From Auanema rhodensis (Eukaryota > Animalia > Nematoda): a DNA stretch of 64,000 nucleotides. The position numbers were made by a program, and so were the translations under genes. Positions 1-14,256 of this stretch are shown here, piece by piece; within the stretch, counting starts at the first letter, position 1; each line of letters opens with the position of its first letter. Under the pieces are notes generated by a model. It was not told where the DNA came from and did no database searches. It worked only from the letters and a program-made list of their open reading frames with translations. The DNA lies in the NCBI GenBank assembly GCA_964057225.1, contig CAXKVF010000087.1:162936-226935 (forward strand). Reading direction: 5' to 3'.

Positions 1-176
1 GTAACCATGACTTTGAAATTTACGTGAACTTTAATTTATGCTAATTAAATGTACACGTGATGTGCACTTGGTATGTAACTCGCTTCACGTGAAAGATAAA
101 GAGATGCGGTTTTCAAAATTAGATTCCCCATGTCCATATTAGTCTAAAAACAAATTTTTATTGATATTGCTTCATG
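1..176 (+). repeat. Representative monomer (GCTT allele at monomer positions 169-172)
   Basis: First full unit. The consensus has 56/176 G+C, 5 CpGs, two CACGTG (54-59, 86-91), GTGCAC (62-67) and GGTAACC across the monomer junction. Confidence 0.99.
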
Positions 177-3100
177 GTAACCATGACTTTGAAATTTACG
201 TGAACTTTAATTTATGCTAATTAAATGTACACGTGATGTGCACTTGGTATGTAATTCGCTTCACGTGAAAGATAAAGAGATGCGGTTTTCAAAATTAGAT
301 TCCCCATGTCCATATTAGTCTAAAAACAAATTTTTATTGATATTGGTGCATGGTAACCATGACTTTGAAATTTACGTGAACTTTAATTTATGCTAATTAA
401 ATGTACATGTGATGTGCACTTGGTATGTAACTCGCTTCACGTGAAAGAAGAAGAGATGCGGTTTTCAAAATTAGATTCCCCATGTCCATATTAGTCTAAG
501 AACAAATTTTTATTGATATTGGTTCATGGTAACCATGACTTTGAAATTTACGTGAACTTTAATTTATGCTAATTAAATGTACACGTGATGTGCACTTGGT
601 ATGTAACTCGCTTCACGTGAAAGATAAAGAGATGCGGTTTTCAAAATTAGATTCCCCATGTCCATATTAGTCTAAAAACAAATTTTTATTGATATTGGTG
701 CATGGTAACCATGACTTTGAAATTTACGTGAACTTTAATTTATGCTAATTAAATGTACACGTGATGTGCACTTGGTATGTAACTCGCTTCACGTGAAAGA
801 TGAAGAGATGCGGTTTTCAAAATTAGATTTCCCATGTCCATATTAGTCTAAAAACAAATTTTTATTGATATTGGTGCATGGTAACCATGACTTTGAAATT
901 TACGTGAACTTTAATTTATGCTAATTAAATGTACACGTGATGTGCACTTGGTATGTAACTCGCTTCACGTGAAAGATGAAGAGATGCGGTTTTCAAAATT
1001 AGATTCCCCATGTCCATATTAGTCTAAAAACAAATTTTTATTGATATTGGTGCATGGTAACCATGACTTTGAAATTTACGTGAACTTTAATTTATGCTAA
1101 TTAAATGTACACGTGATGTGCACTTGGTATGTAACTCGCTTCACGTGAAAGATGAAGAGATGCGGTTTTCAAAATTAGATTCCCCATGTCCATATTAGTC
1201 TAAAAACAAATTTTTATTGATATTGGTTCATGGTAACCATGACTTTGAAATTTACGTGAACTTTAATTTATGCTAATTAAATGTACACGTGATGTGCACT
1301 TGGTATGTAACTCGCTTCACGTGAAAGATAAAGAGATGCGGTTTTCAAAATTAGATTCCCCATGTCCATATTAGTCTAAAAACAAATTTTTATTGATATT
1401 GGTGCATGGTAACCATGACTTTGAAATTTACGTGAACTTTAATTTATGCTAATTAAATGTACACGTGATGTGCACTTGGTATGTAACTCGCTTCACGTGA
1501 AAGATAAAGAGATGCGGTTTTCAAAATTAGATTCCCCATGTCCATATTAGTCTAAAAACAAATTTTTATTGATATTGGTGCATGGTAACCATGACTTTGA
1601 AATTTACGTGAACTTTAATTTATGCTAATTAAATGTACACGTGATGTGCACTTGGTATGTAACTCGCTTCACGTGAAAGATAAAGAGATGCGGTTTTCAA
1701 AATTAGATTCCCCATGTCCATATTAGTCTAAAAACAAATTTTTATTGATATTGGTTCATGGTAACCATGACTTTGAAATTTACGTGAACTTTAATTTATG
1801 CTAATTAAATGTACACGTGATGTGCACTTGGTATGTAACTCGCTTCACGTGAAAGATAAAGAGATGCGGTTTTCAAAATTAGATTCCCCATGTCCATATT
1901 AGTCTAAAAACAAATTTTTATTGATATTGGTTCATGGTAACCATGACTTTGAAATTTACGTGAACTTTAATTAATGCTAATTAAATGTACACGTGATGTG
2001 CACTTGGTATGTAACTCGCTTCACGTGAAAGATAAAGAGATGCGGTTTTCAAAATTAGATTCCCCATGTCCATATTAGTCTAAAAACAAATTTTTATTGA
2101 TATTGGTTCATGGTAACCATGACTTTGAAATTTACGTGAACTTTAATTTATGCTAATTAAATGTACACGTGATGTGCACTTGGTATGTAACTCGCTTCAC
2201 GTGAAAGATAAAGAGATGCGGTTTTCAAAATTAGATTCCCCATGTCCATATTAGTCTAAAAACAAATTTTTATTGATATTGCTTCATGGTAACCATGACT
2301 TTGAAATTTACGTGAACTTTAATTTATGCTAATTAAATGTACACGTGATGTGCACTTGGTATGTAACTCGCTTCACGTGAAAGATAAAGAGATGCGGTTT
2401 TCAAAATTAGATTCCCCATGTCCATATTAGTCTAAAAACAAATTTTTATTGATATTGGTTCATGGTAACCATGACTTTGAATTTTACGTGAACTTTAATT
2501 TATGCTAATTAAATGTACACGTGATGTGCACTTGGTATGTAACTCGCTTCACGTGAAAGATAAAGAGATGCGGTTTTCAAAATTAGATTCCCCATGTCCA
2601 TATTAGTCTAAAAACAAATTTTTATTGATATTGCTTCATGGTAACCATGACTTTGAAATTTACGTGAACTTTAATTAATGCTAATTAAATGTACACGTGA
2701 TGTGCACTTGGTATGTAACTCGCTTCACGTGAAAGATAAAGAGATGCGGTTTTCAAAATTAGATTCCCCATGTCCATATTAGTCTAAAAACAAATTTTTA
2801 TTGATATTGCTTCATGGTAACCATGACTTTGAAATTTACGTGAACTTTAATTTATGCTAATTAAATGTACACGTGATGTGCACTTGGTATGTAACTCGCT
2901 TCACGTGAAAGATAAAGAGATGCGGTTCTCAAAATTAGATTCCCCATGTCCATATTAGTCTAAAAACAAATTTTTATTGATATTGGTTCATGGTAACCAT
3001 GACTTTGAAATTTACGTGAACTTTAATTTATGCTAATTAAATGTACACGTGATGTGCACTTGGTATGTAACTCGCTTCACGTGAAAGATAAAGAGATGCG

Positions 3101-3520
3101 GTTTTCAAAATTAGATTCCCCATGTCCATATTAGTCTAAAAACAAATTTTTATTGATATTGCTTCATGGTAACCATGACTTTGAAATTTACGTGAACTTT
3201 AATTTATGCTAATTAAATGTACACGTGATGTGCACTTGGTATGTAACTCGCTTCACGTGAAAGATAAAGAGGTGCGGTTTTCAAAATTAGAATCCCCATG
3301 TCCATATTAGTCTAAAAACAAATTTTTATTGATATTGGTTCATGGTAACCATGACTTTGAAATTTACGTGAACTTTAATTTATGCTAATTAAATGTACAC
3401 GTGATGTGCACTTGGTATGTAACTCGCTTCACGTGAAAGATAAAGAGATGCGGTTTTCAAAATTAGATTCCCCATGTCCATATTAGTCTAAAAACAAATT
3501 TTTATTGATATTGGTTCATG

Positions 3521-4224
3521 GTAACCATGACTTTGAAATTTACGTGAACTTTAATTTATGCTAATTAAATGTACACGTGATGTGCACTTGGTATGTAACT
3601 CGCTTCACGTGAAAGATAAAGAGATGCGGTTTTCAAAATTAGATTCCCCATGTCCATATTAGTCTAAAAACAAATTTTTATTGATATTAGTTCATGGTAA
3701 CCATGACTTTGAAATTTACGTGAACTTTAATTTATGCTAATTAAATGTACACGTGATGTGCACTTGGTATGTAACTCGCTTCACGTGAAAGATAAAGAGA
3801 TGCGGTTTTCAAAATTAGAATCCCCATGTCCATATTAGTCTAAAAACAAATTTTTATTGATATTGGTTCATGGTAACCATGACTTTGAAATTTACGTGAA
3901 CTTTAATTTATGCTAATTAAATGTACACGTGATGTGCACTTGGTATGTAACTCGCTTCACGTGAAAGATAAAGAGATGCGGTTTTCAAAATTAGATTCCC
4001 CATGTCCATATTAGTCTAAAAACAAATTTTTATTGATATTAGTTCATGGTAACCATGACTTTGAAATTTACGTGAACTTTAATTTATGCTAATTAAATGT
4101 ACACGTGATGTGCACTTGGTATGTAACTCGCTTCACGTGAAAGATAAAGAGATGCGGTTTTCAAAATTAGAATCCCCATGTCCATATTAGTCTAAAAACA
4201 AATTTTTATTGATATTGGTTCATG
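3521..4224 (+). repeat. Dimer (352 bp) tandem duplication
   Basis: Rare AGTT allele at 3689 and 4041; T124A (TAGAATCC) at 3820 and 4172. Confidence 0.85.
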
Positions 4225-5984
4225 GTAACCATGACTTTGAAATTTACGTGAACTTTAATTTATGCTAATTAAATGTACACGTGATGTGCACTTGGTATGT
4301 AACTCGCTTCACGTGAAAGATAAAGAGATGCGGTTTTCAAAATTAGATTCCCCATGTCCATATTAGTCTAAAAACAAATTTTTATTGATATTGGTGCATC
4401 GTAACCATGACTTTGAAATTTACGTGAACTTTAATTTATGCTAATTAAATGTACACGTGATGTGCACTTGGTATGTAACTCGCTTCACGTGAAAGATAAA
4501 GAGATGCGGTTTTCAAAATTAGATTCCCCCTGTCCATATTAGTCTAAAAACAAATTTTTATTGATATTGGTTCATGGTAACCATGACTTTGAAATTTACG
4601 TGAACTTTAATTTATGCTAATTAAATGTACACGTGATGTGCACTTGGTATGTAACTCGCTTCACGTGAAAGATAAAGAGATGCGGTTTTCAAAATTAGAT
4701 TCCCCCTGTCCATATTAGTCTAAAAACAAATTTTTATTGATATTGCTTCATGGTAACCATGACTTTGAAATTTACGTGAACTTTAATTTATGCTAATTAA
4801 ATGTACACGTGATGTGCACTTGGTATGTAACTCGCTTCACGTGAAAGATAAAGAGATGCGGTTTTCAAAATTAGATTCCCCATGTCCATATTAGTCTAAA
4901 AACAAATTTTTATTGATATTGGTTCATGGTAACCATGACTTTGAAATTTACGTGAACTTTAATTTATGCTAATTAAATGTACACGTGATGTGCACTTGGT
5001 ATGTAACTCGCTTTACGTGAAAGATAAAGAGATGCGGTTTTCAAAATTAGATTCCCCATGTCCATATTAGTCTAAAAACAAATTTTTATTGATATTGGTG
5101 CATGGTAACCATGACTTTGAAATTTACGTGAACTTTAATTTATGCTAATTAAATGTACACGTGATGTGCACATGGTATGTAACTCGCTTCACGTGAAAGA
5201 TGAAGAGATGCGGTTTTCAAAATTAGATTCCCCATGTCCATATTAGTCTAAAAACAAATTTTTATTGATATTGGTTCATGGTAACCATGACTTTGAAATT
5301 TACGTGAACTTTAATTTATGCTAATTAAATGTACACGTGATGTGCACTTGGTATGTAACTCGCTTCACGTGAAAGATAAAGAGATGCGGTTTTCAAAATT
5401 AGATTCCCCATGTCCATATTAGTCTAAAAACAAATTTTTATTGATATTGGTGCATGGTAACCATGACTTTGAAATTTACGTGAACTTTAATTTATGCTAA
5501 TTAAATGTACACGTGATGTGCACTTGGTATGTAACTCGCTTCACGTGAAAGATAAAGAGATGCGGTTTTCAAAATTAGATTCCCCATGTCCATATTAGTC
5601 TAAAAACAAATTTTTATTGATATTGGTGCATGGTAACCATGACTTTGAAATTTACGTGAACTTTAATTTATGCTAATTAAATGTACACGTGATGTGCACT
5701 TGGTATGTAACTCGCTTCACGTGAAAGATAAAGAGATGCGTTTTTCAAAATTAGATTCCCCATGTCCATATTAGTCTAAAAACAAATTTTTATTGATATT
5801 GGTTCATGGTAACCATGACTTTGAAATTTACGTGAACTTTAATTTATGCTAATTAAATGTACACGTGATGTGCACTTGGTATGTAACTCGCTTCACGTGA
5901 AAGATAAAGAGATGCGGTTTTCAAAATTAGATTCCCCATGTCCATATTAGTCTAAAAACAAATTTTTATTGATATTGGTTCATG

Positions 5985-8096
5985 GTAACCATGACTTTGA
6001 AATTTACGTGAACTTTAATTAATGCTAATTAAATGTACATGTGATGTGCACTTGGTATGTAACTCGCTTCACGTGAAAGATAAAGAGATGCGGTTTTCAA
6101 AATTAGATTCCCCATGTCGATATTAGTCTAAAAACAAATTTTTATTGATATTGCTTCATGGTAACCATGACTTTGAAATTTACGTGAACTTTAATTTATG
6201 CTAATTAAATGTACACGTGATGTGCACTTGGTATGTAACTCGCTTCACGTGAAAGATAAAGAGATGCGGTTTTCAAAATTAGATTCCCCATGTCCATATT
6301 AGTCTAAAAACAAATTTTTATTGATATTGGTTCATGGTAACCATGACTTAGAATTTTACGTGAACTTTAATTTATGCTAATTAAATGTACACGTGATGTG
6401 CACTTGGTATGTAACTCGCTTCACGTGAAAGATAAAGAAATGCGGTTTTCAAAATTAGATTCCCCATGTCCATATTAGTCTAAAAACAAATTTTTATTGA
6501 TATTGGTGCATGGTAACCATGACTTTGAAATTTACGTGAACTTTAATTTATGCTAATTAAATGTACACGTGATGTGCACTTGGTATGTAACTCGCTTCAC
6601 GTGAAAGATAAAGAGATGCGGTTTTCAAAATTAGATTCCCCATGTCCATATTAGTCTAAAAGCAAATTTTTATTGATATTGGTTCATGGTAACCATGACT
6701 TTGAATTTTACGTGAACTTTAATTTATGCTAATTAAATGAACACGTGATGTGCACTTGGTATGTAACTCGCTTCACGTGAAAGATGAAGAGATGCGGTTT
6801 TCAAAATTAGATTCCCCATGTCCATATTAGTCTAAAAACAAATTTTTATTGATATTGGTGCATGGTAACCATGACTTTGAAATTTACGTGAACTTTAATT
6901 TATGCTAATTAAATGTACACGTGATGTGCACTTGGTATGTAACTCGCTTCACGTGAAAGATAAAGAGATGCGGTTTTCAAAATTAGATTCCCCATGTCCA
7001 TATTAGTCTAAAAACAAATTTTTATTGATATTGGTTCATGGTAACCATGACTTTGAAATTTACGTGAACTTTAATTAATGCTAATTAAATGTACACGTGA
7101 TGTGCACTTGGTATGTAACTCGCTTCACGTGAAAGATAAAGAGATGCGGTTTTCAAAATTAGATTCCCCATGTCCATATTAGTCTAAAAACAAATTTTTA
7201 TTGATATTGCTTCATGGTAACCATGACTTTGAAATTTACGTGAACTTTAATTTATGCTAATTAAATGTACACGTGATGTGCACTTGGTATGTAACTCGCT
7301 TCACGTGAAAGATAAAGAGATGCGGTTTTCAAAATTAGATTCCCCATGTCCATATCAGTCTAAAAACAAATTTTTATTGATATTGGTTCATGGTAACCAT
7401 GACTTTGAATTTTACGTGAACTTTAATTTATGCTAATTAAATGTACACGTGATGTGCACTTGGTATGTAACTCGCTTCACGTGAAAGATAAAGAAATGCG
7501 GTTTTCAAAATTAGATTCCCCATGTCCATATTAGTCTAAAAACAAATTTTTATTGATATTGGTGCATGGTAACCATGACTTTGAAATTTACGTGAACTTT
7601 AATTTATGCTAATTAAATGTACACGTGATGTGCACTTGGTATGTAACTCGCTTCACGTGAAAGATAAAGAGATGCGGTTTTCAAAATTAGATTCCCCATG
7701 TCCATATTAGTCTAAAAGCAAATTTTTATTGATATTGGTTCATGGTAACCATGACTTTGAATTTTACGTGAACTTTAATTTATGCTAATTAAATGAACAC
7801 GTGATGTGCACTTGGTATGTAACTCGCTTCACGTGAAAGATAAAGAGATGCGGTTTTCAAAATTAGATTCCCCATGTCCATATTAGTCTAAAAACAAATT
7901 TTTATTGATATTGGTGCATGGTAACCATGACTTTGAAATTTACGTGAACTTTAATTTATGCTAATTAAATGTACACGTGATGTGCACTTGGTATGTAACT
8001 CGCTTCACGTGAAAGATAAAGAGATGCGGTTTTCAAAATTAGATTCCCCATGTCCATATTAGTCTAAAAACTAATTTTTATTGATATTGGTTCATG
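5985..8096 (+). repeat. 6-mer (1056 bp) block duplication, slightly diverged copies
   Basis: G103A at 6439/7495, A150G at 6662/7718 and T52A at 6740/7796, all offset by 1056. T37A+GCTT monomers start at 5985, 7041 and 8097. Confidence 0.85.
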
Positions 8097-11000
8097 GTAA
8101 CCATGACTTTGAAATTTACGTGAACTTTAATTAATGCTAATTAAATGTACACGTGATGTGCACTTGGTATGTAACTCGCTTCACGTGAAAGATAAAGAGA
8201 TGCGGTTTTCAAAATTAGATTCCCCATGTCCATATTAGTCTAAAAACAAATTTTTATTGATATTGCTTCATGGTAACCATGACTTTGAAATTTACGTGAA
8301 CTTTAATTTATGCTAATTAAATGTACACGTGATGTGCACTTGGTATGTAACTCGCTTCACGTGAAAGATAAAGAGATGCGGTTTTCAAAATTAGATTCCC
8401 CATGTCCATATTAGTCTAAAAGCAAATTTTTATTGATATTGGTTCATGGTAACCATGACTTTGAATTTTACGTGAACTTTAATTTATGCTAATTAAATGA
8501 ACACGTGATGTGCACTTGGTATGTAACTCGCTTCACGTGAAAGATAAAGAAATGCGGTTTTCAAAATTAGATTCCTCATGTCCATATTAGTCTAAAAACA
8601 AATTTTTATTGATATTGGTTCATGGTAACCATGACTTTGAAATTTACGTGAACTTTAATTTATGCTAATTAAATGTACACGTGATGTGCACTTGGTATGT
8701 AACTCGCTTCACGTGAAAGATAAAGAGATGCGGTTTTCAAAATTAGATTCCCCATGTCCATATTAGTCTAAAAACAAATTTTTATTGATATTGCTTCATG
8801 GTAACCATGACTTTGAAATTTACGTGAACTTTAATTTATGCTAATTAAATGTACACGTGATGTGCACTTGGTATGTAACTCGCTTCACGTGAAAGATAAA
8901 GAGATGCGGTTTTCAAAATTAGATTCCCCCTGTCCATATTAGTCTAAAAACAAATTTTTATTGATATTGCTTCATGGTAACCATGACTTTGAAATTTACG
9001 TGAACTTTAATTTATGCTAATTAAATGTACACGTGATGTGCACTTGGTATGTAACTCGCTTCACGTGAAAGATAAAGAGATGCGGTTTTCAAAATTAGAT
9101 TCCCCATGTCCATATTAGTCTAAAAACAAATTTTTATTGATATTGGTGCATGGTAACCATGACTTTGAAATTTACGTGAACTTTAATTTATGCTAATTAA
9201 ATGTACACGTGATGTGCACTTGGTATGTAACTCGCTTCACGTGAAAGATAAAGAGATGCGGTTTTCAAAATTAGATTCCCCATGTCCATATTAGTCTAAA
9301 AACAAATTTTTATTGATATTGGTTCATGGTAACCATGACTTTGAAATTTACGTGAACTTTAATTTATGCTAATTAAATGTACACGTGATGTGCACTTGGT
9401 ATGTAACTCGCTTCACGTGAAAGATAAAGAGATGCGGTTTTCAAAATTAGATTCCCCATGTCCATATTAGTCTAAAAACAAATTTTTATTGATATTGCTT
9501 CATGGTAACCATGACTTTGAAATTTACGTGAACTTTAATTTATGCTAATTAAATGTACACGTGATGTGCACTTGGTATGTAACTCGCTTCACGTGAAAGA
9601 TAAAGAGATGCGGTTTTCAAAATTAGATTCCCCATGTCCATATTAGTCTAAAAACAAATTTTTATTGATATTGCTTCATGGTAACCATGACTTTGAAATT
9701 TACGTGAACTTTAATTTATGCTAATTAAATGTACACGTGATGTGCACTTGGTATGTAACTCGCTTCACGTGAAAGATAAAGAGATGCGGTTTTCAAAATT
9801 AGATTCCCCATGTCCATATTAGTCTAAAAACAAATTTTTATTGATATTGGTTCATGGTAACCATGACTTTGAAATTTACGTGAACTTTAATTTATGCTAA
9901 TTAAATGTACACGTGATGTGCACTTGGTATGTAACTCGCTTCACGTGAAAGATAAAGAGATGCGGTTTTCAAAATTAGATTCCCCATGTCCATATTAGTC
10001 TAAAAACAAATTTTTATTGATATTGGTTCATGGTAACCATGACTTTGAAATTTACGTGAACTTTAATTTATGCTAATTAAATGTACACGTGATGTGCACT
10101 TGGTATGTAACTCGCTTCACGTGAAAGATAAAGAGATGCGGTTTTCAAAATTAGATTCCCCATGTCCATATTAGTCTAAAAACAAATTTTTATTGATATT
10201 GGTTCATGGTAACCATGACTTTGAAATTTACGTGAACTTTAATTTATGCTAATTAAATGTACACGTGATGTGCACTTGGTATGTAACTCGCTTCACGTGA
10301 AAGATAAAGAGATGCGGTTTTCAAAATTAGATTCCCCATGTCCATATTAGTCTAAAAACAAATTTTTATTGATATTGGTGCATGGTAACCATGACTTTGA
10401 AATTTACGTGAACTTTAATTTATGCTAATTAAATGTACACGTGATGTGCACTTGGTATGTAACTCGCTTCACGTGAAAGATAAAGAGATGCGGTTTTCAA
10501 AATTAGATTCCTCATGTCCATATTAGTCTAAAAACAAATTTTTATTGATATTGGTTCATGGTAACCATGACTTTGAAATTTACGTGAACTTTAATTTATG
10601 CTAATTAAATGTACACGTGATGTGCACTTGGTATGTAACTCGCTTCACGTGAAAGAAGAAGAGATGCGGTTTTCAAAATTAGATTCCCCATGTCCATATT
10701 AGTCTAAAAACAAATTTTTATTGATATTGGTTCATGGTAACCATGACTTTGAAATTTACGTGAACTTTAATTTATGCTAATTAAATGTACACGTGATGTG
10801 CACTTGGTATGTAACTCGCTTCACGTGAAAGATAAAGAGATGCGGTTTTCAAAATTAGATTCCCCATGTCCATATTAGTCTAAAAACAAATTTTTATTGA
10901 TATTGGTGCATGGTAACCATGACTTTGAAATTTACGTGAACTTTAATTTATGCTAATTAAATGTAAACGTGATGTGCACTTGGTATGTAACTCGCTTCAC

Positions 11001-14000
11001 GTGAAAGATAAAGAGATGCGGTTTTCAAAATTAGATTCCCCATGTCCATATTAGTCTAAAAACAAATTTTTATTGATATTGGTGCATGGTAACCATGACT
11101 TTGAAATTTACGTGAACTTTAATTTATGCTAATTAAATGTACACGTGATGTGCACTTGGTATGTAACTCGCTTCACGTGAAAGAAGAAGAGATGCGGTTT
11201 TCAAAATTAGATTCCCCATGTCCATATTAGTCTAAAAACAAATTTTTATTGATATTGGTTCATGGTAACCATGACTTTGAAATTTACGTGAACTTTAATT
11301 TATGCTAATTAAATGTACACGTGATGTGCACTTGGTATGTAACTCGCTTCACGTGAAAGATAAAGAGATGCGGTTTTCAAAATTAGATTCCCCATGTCCA
11401 TATTAGTCTAAAAACAAATTTTTATTGATATTGGTGCATGGTAACCATGACTTTGAAATTTACGTGAACTTTAATTTATGCTAATTAAATGAACACGTGA
11501 TGTGCACTTGGTATGTAACTCGCTTCACGTGAAAGATAAAGAAATGCGGTTTTCAAAATTAGATTCCTCATGTCCATATTAGTCTAAAAACAAATTTTTA
11601 TTGATATTGGTTCATGGTAACCATGACTTTGAAATTTACGTGAACTTTAATTTATGCTAATTAAATGTACACGTGATGTGCACTTGGTATGTAACTCGCT
11701 TCACGTGAAAGATAAAGAGATGCGGTTTTCAAAATTAGATTCCCCATGTCCATATTAGTCTAAAAACAAATTTTTATTGATATTGCTTCATGGTAACCAT
11801 GACTTTGAAATTTACGTGAACTTTAATTTATGCTAATTAAATGTACACGTGATGTGCACTTGGTATGTAACTCGCTTCACGTGAAAGAAGAAGAGATGCG
11901 GTTTTCAAAATTAGATTCCCCATGTCCATATTAGTCTAAAAACAAATTTTTATTGATATTGGTTCATGGTAACCATGACTTTGAAATTTACGTGAACTTT
12001 AATTTATGCTAATTAAATGTACACGTGATGTGCACTTGGTATGTAACTCGCTTCACGTGAAAGATAAAGAGATGCGGTTTTCAAAATTAGATTCCCCATG
12101 TCCATATTAGTCTAAAAACAAATTTTTATTGATATTGGTGCATGGTAACCATGACTTTGAAATTTACGTGAACTTTAATTTATGCTAATTAAATGTACAC
12201 GTGATGTGCACTTGGTATGTAACTCGCTTCACGTGAAAGATAAAGAAATGCGGTTTTCAAAATTAGATTCCCCATGTCCATATTAGTCTAAAAACAAATT
12301 TTTATTGATATTGGTTCATGGTAACCATGACTTTGAAATTTACGTGAACTTTAATTTATGCTAATTAAATGTACACGTGATGTGCACTTGGTATGTAACT
12401 CGCTTCACGTGAAAGATAAAGAGATGCGGTTTTCAAAATTAGATTCCCCATGTCCATATTAGTCTAAAAACAAATTTTTATTGATATTGGTTCATGGTAA
12501 CCATGACTTTGAAATTTACGTGAACTTTAATTTATGCTAATTAAATGTACACGTGATGTGCACTTGGTATGTAACTCGCTTCACGTGAAAGATAAAGAGA
12601 TGCGGTTTTCAAAATTAGATTCCCCATGTCCATATTAGTCTAAAAACAAATTTTTATTGATATTGGTGCATGGTAACCATGACTTTGAAATTTACGTGAA
12701 CTTTAATTTATGCTAATTAAATGTACACGTGATGTGCACTTGGTATGTAACTCGCTTCACGTGAAAGATAAAGAGATGCGGTTTTCAAAATTAGATTCCT
12801 CATGTCCATATTAGTCTAAAAACAAATTTTTATTGATATTGGTGCATGGTAACCATGACTTTGAAATTTACGTGAACTTTAATTTATGCTAATTAAATGT
12901 ACACGTGATGTGCACTTGGTATGTAACTCGCTTCACGTGAAAGAAGAAGAGATGCGGTTTTCAAAATTAGATTCCCCATGTCCATATTAGTCTAAAAACA
13001 AATTTTTATTGATATTGGTTCATGGTAACCATGACTTTGAAATTTACGTGAACTTTAATTTATGCTAATTAAATGTACACGTGATGTGCACTTGGTATGT
13101 AACTCGCTTCACGTGAAAGATAAAGAGATGCGGTTTTCAAAATTAGATTCCCCATGTCCATATTAGTCTAAAAACAAATTTTTATTGATATTGGTTCATG
13201 GTAACCATGACTTTGAAATTTACGTGAACTTTAATTTATGCTAATTAAATGTACACGTGATGTGCACTTGGTATGTAACTCGCTTCACGTGAAAGATAAA
13301 GAGATGCGGTTTTCAAAATTAGATTCCCCATGTCCATATTAGTCTAAAAACAAATTTTTATTGATATTGGTGCATGGTAACCATGACTTTGAAATTTACG
13401 TGAACTTTAATTTATGCTAATTAAATGTACACGTGATGTGCACTTGGTATGTAACTCGCTTCACGTGAAAGATAAAGAGATGCGGTTTTCAAAATTAGAT
13501 TCCTCATGTCCATATTAGTCTAAAAACAAATTTTTATTGATATTGGTTCATGGTAACCATGACTTTGAAATTTACGTGAACTTTAATTTATGCTAATTAA
13601 ATGTACAGGTGATGTGCACTTGGTATGTAACTCGCTTCACGTGAAAGATAAAGAGATGCGGTTTTCAAAATTAGATTCCCCATGTCCATATTAGTCTAAA
13701 AACAAATTTTTATTGATATTGGTTCATGGTAACCATGACTTTGAAATTTACGTGAACTTTAATTTATGCTAATTAAATGTACACGTGATGTGCACTTGGT
13801 ATGTAACTCGCTTCACGTGAAAGATAAAGAGATGCGGTTTTCAAAATTAGATTCCCCATGTCCATATTAGTCTAAAAACAAATTTTTATTGATATTGGTG
13901 CATGGTAACCATGACTTTGAAATTTACGTGAACTTTAATTTATGCTAATTAAATGTACACGTGATGTGCACTTGGTATGTAACTCGCTTCACGTGAAAGA

Positions 14001-14256
14001 TAAAGAGATGCGGTTTTCAAAATTAGATTCCTCATGTCCATATTAGTCTAAAAACAAATTTTTATTGATATTGGTTCATGGTAACCATGACTTTGAAATT
14101 TACGTGAACTTTAATTTATGCTAATTAAATGTACACGTGATGTGCACTTGGTATGTAACTCGCTTCACGTGAAAGAAGAAGAGATGCGGTTTTCAAAATT
14201 AGATTCCCCATGTCCATATTAGTCTAAAAACAAATTTTTATTGATATTGGTTCATG

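Noticed and set aside
76-112. CENP-B box
   Set aside because: No match to NTTCGNNNNANNCGGGN on either strand; the consensus has neither TTCG nor CGGG.
1-176. Identity with Brassica CentBr (176 bp), Arabidopsis CEN178 or alpha satellite
   Set aside because: Only the length is similar. I recognise no sequence similarity, so no family name is assigned without a search.
1-176. 5S rRNA, tRNA, snRNA or spliced-leader tandem gene unit
   Set aside because: No recognisable conserved RNA sequence, cloverleaf or Pol III A/B/C boxes.
1-176. Budding-yeast point centromere (CDEI-II-III)
   Set aside because: An 8-bp CDEI-like match exists, but there is no ~80-bp >90% AT CDEII and no CDEIII. The 8-mer could be chance.
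7254-7436. 60-aa ORF MLIKCTRDVH...
   Set aside because: It exists only because a private T>C at 7356 turns the consensus TAG into CAG in one monomer. All other copies stop after 34 codons. 176 is not a multiple of 3, so no repeat protein can be encoded.
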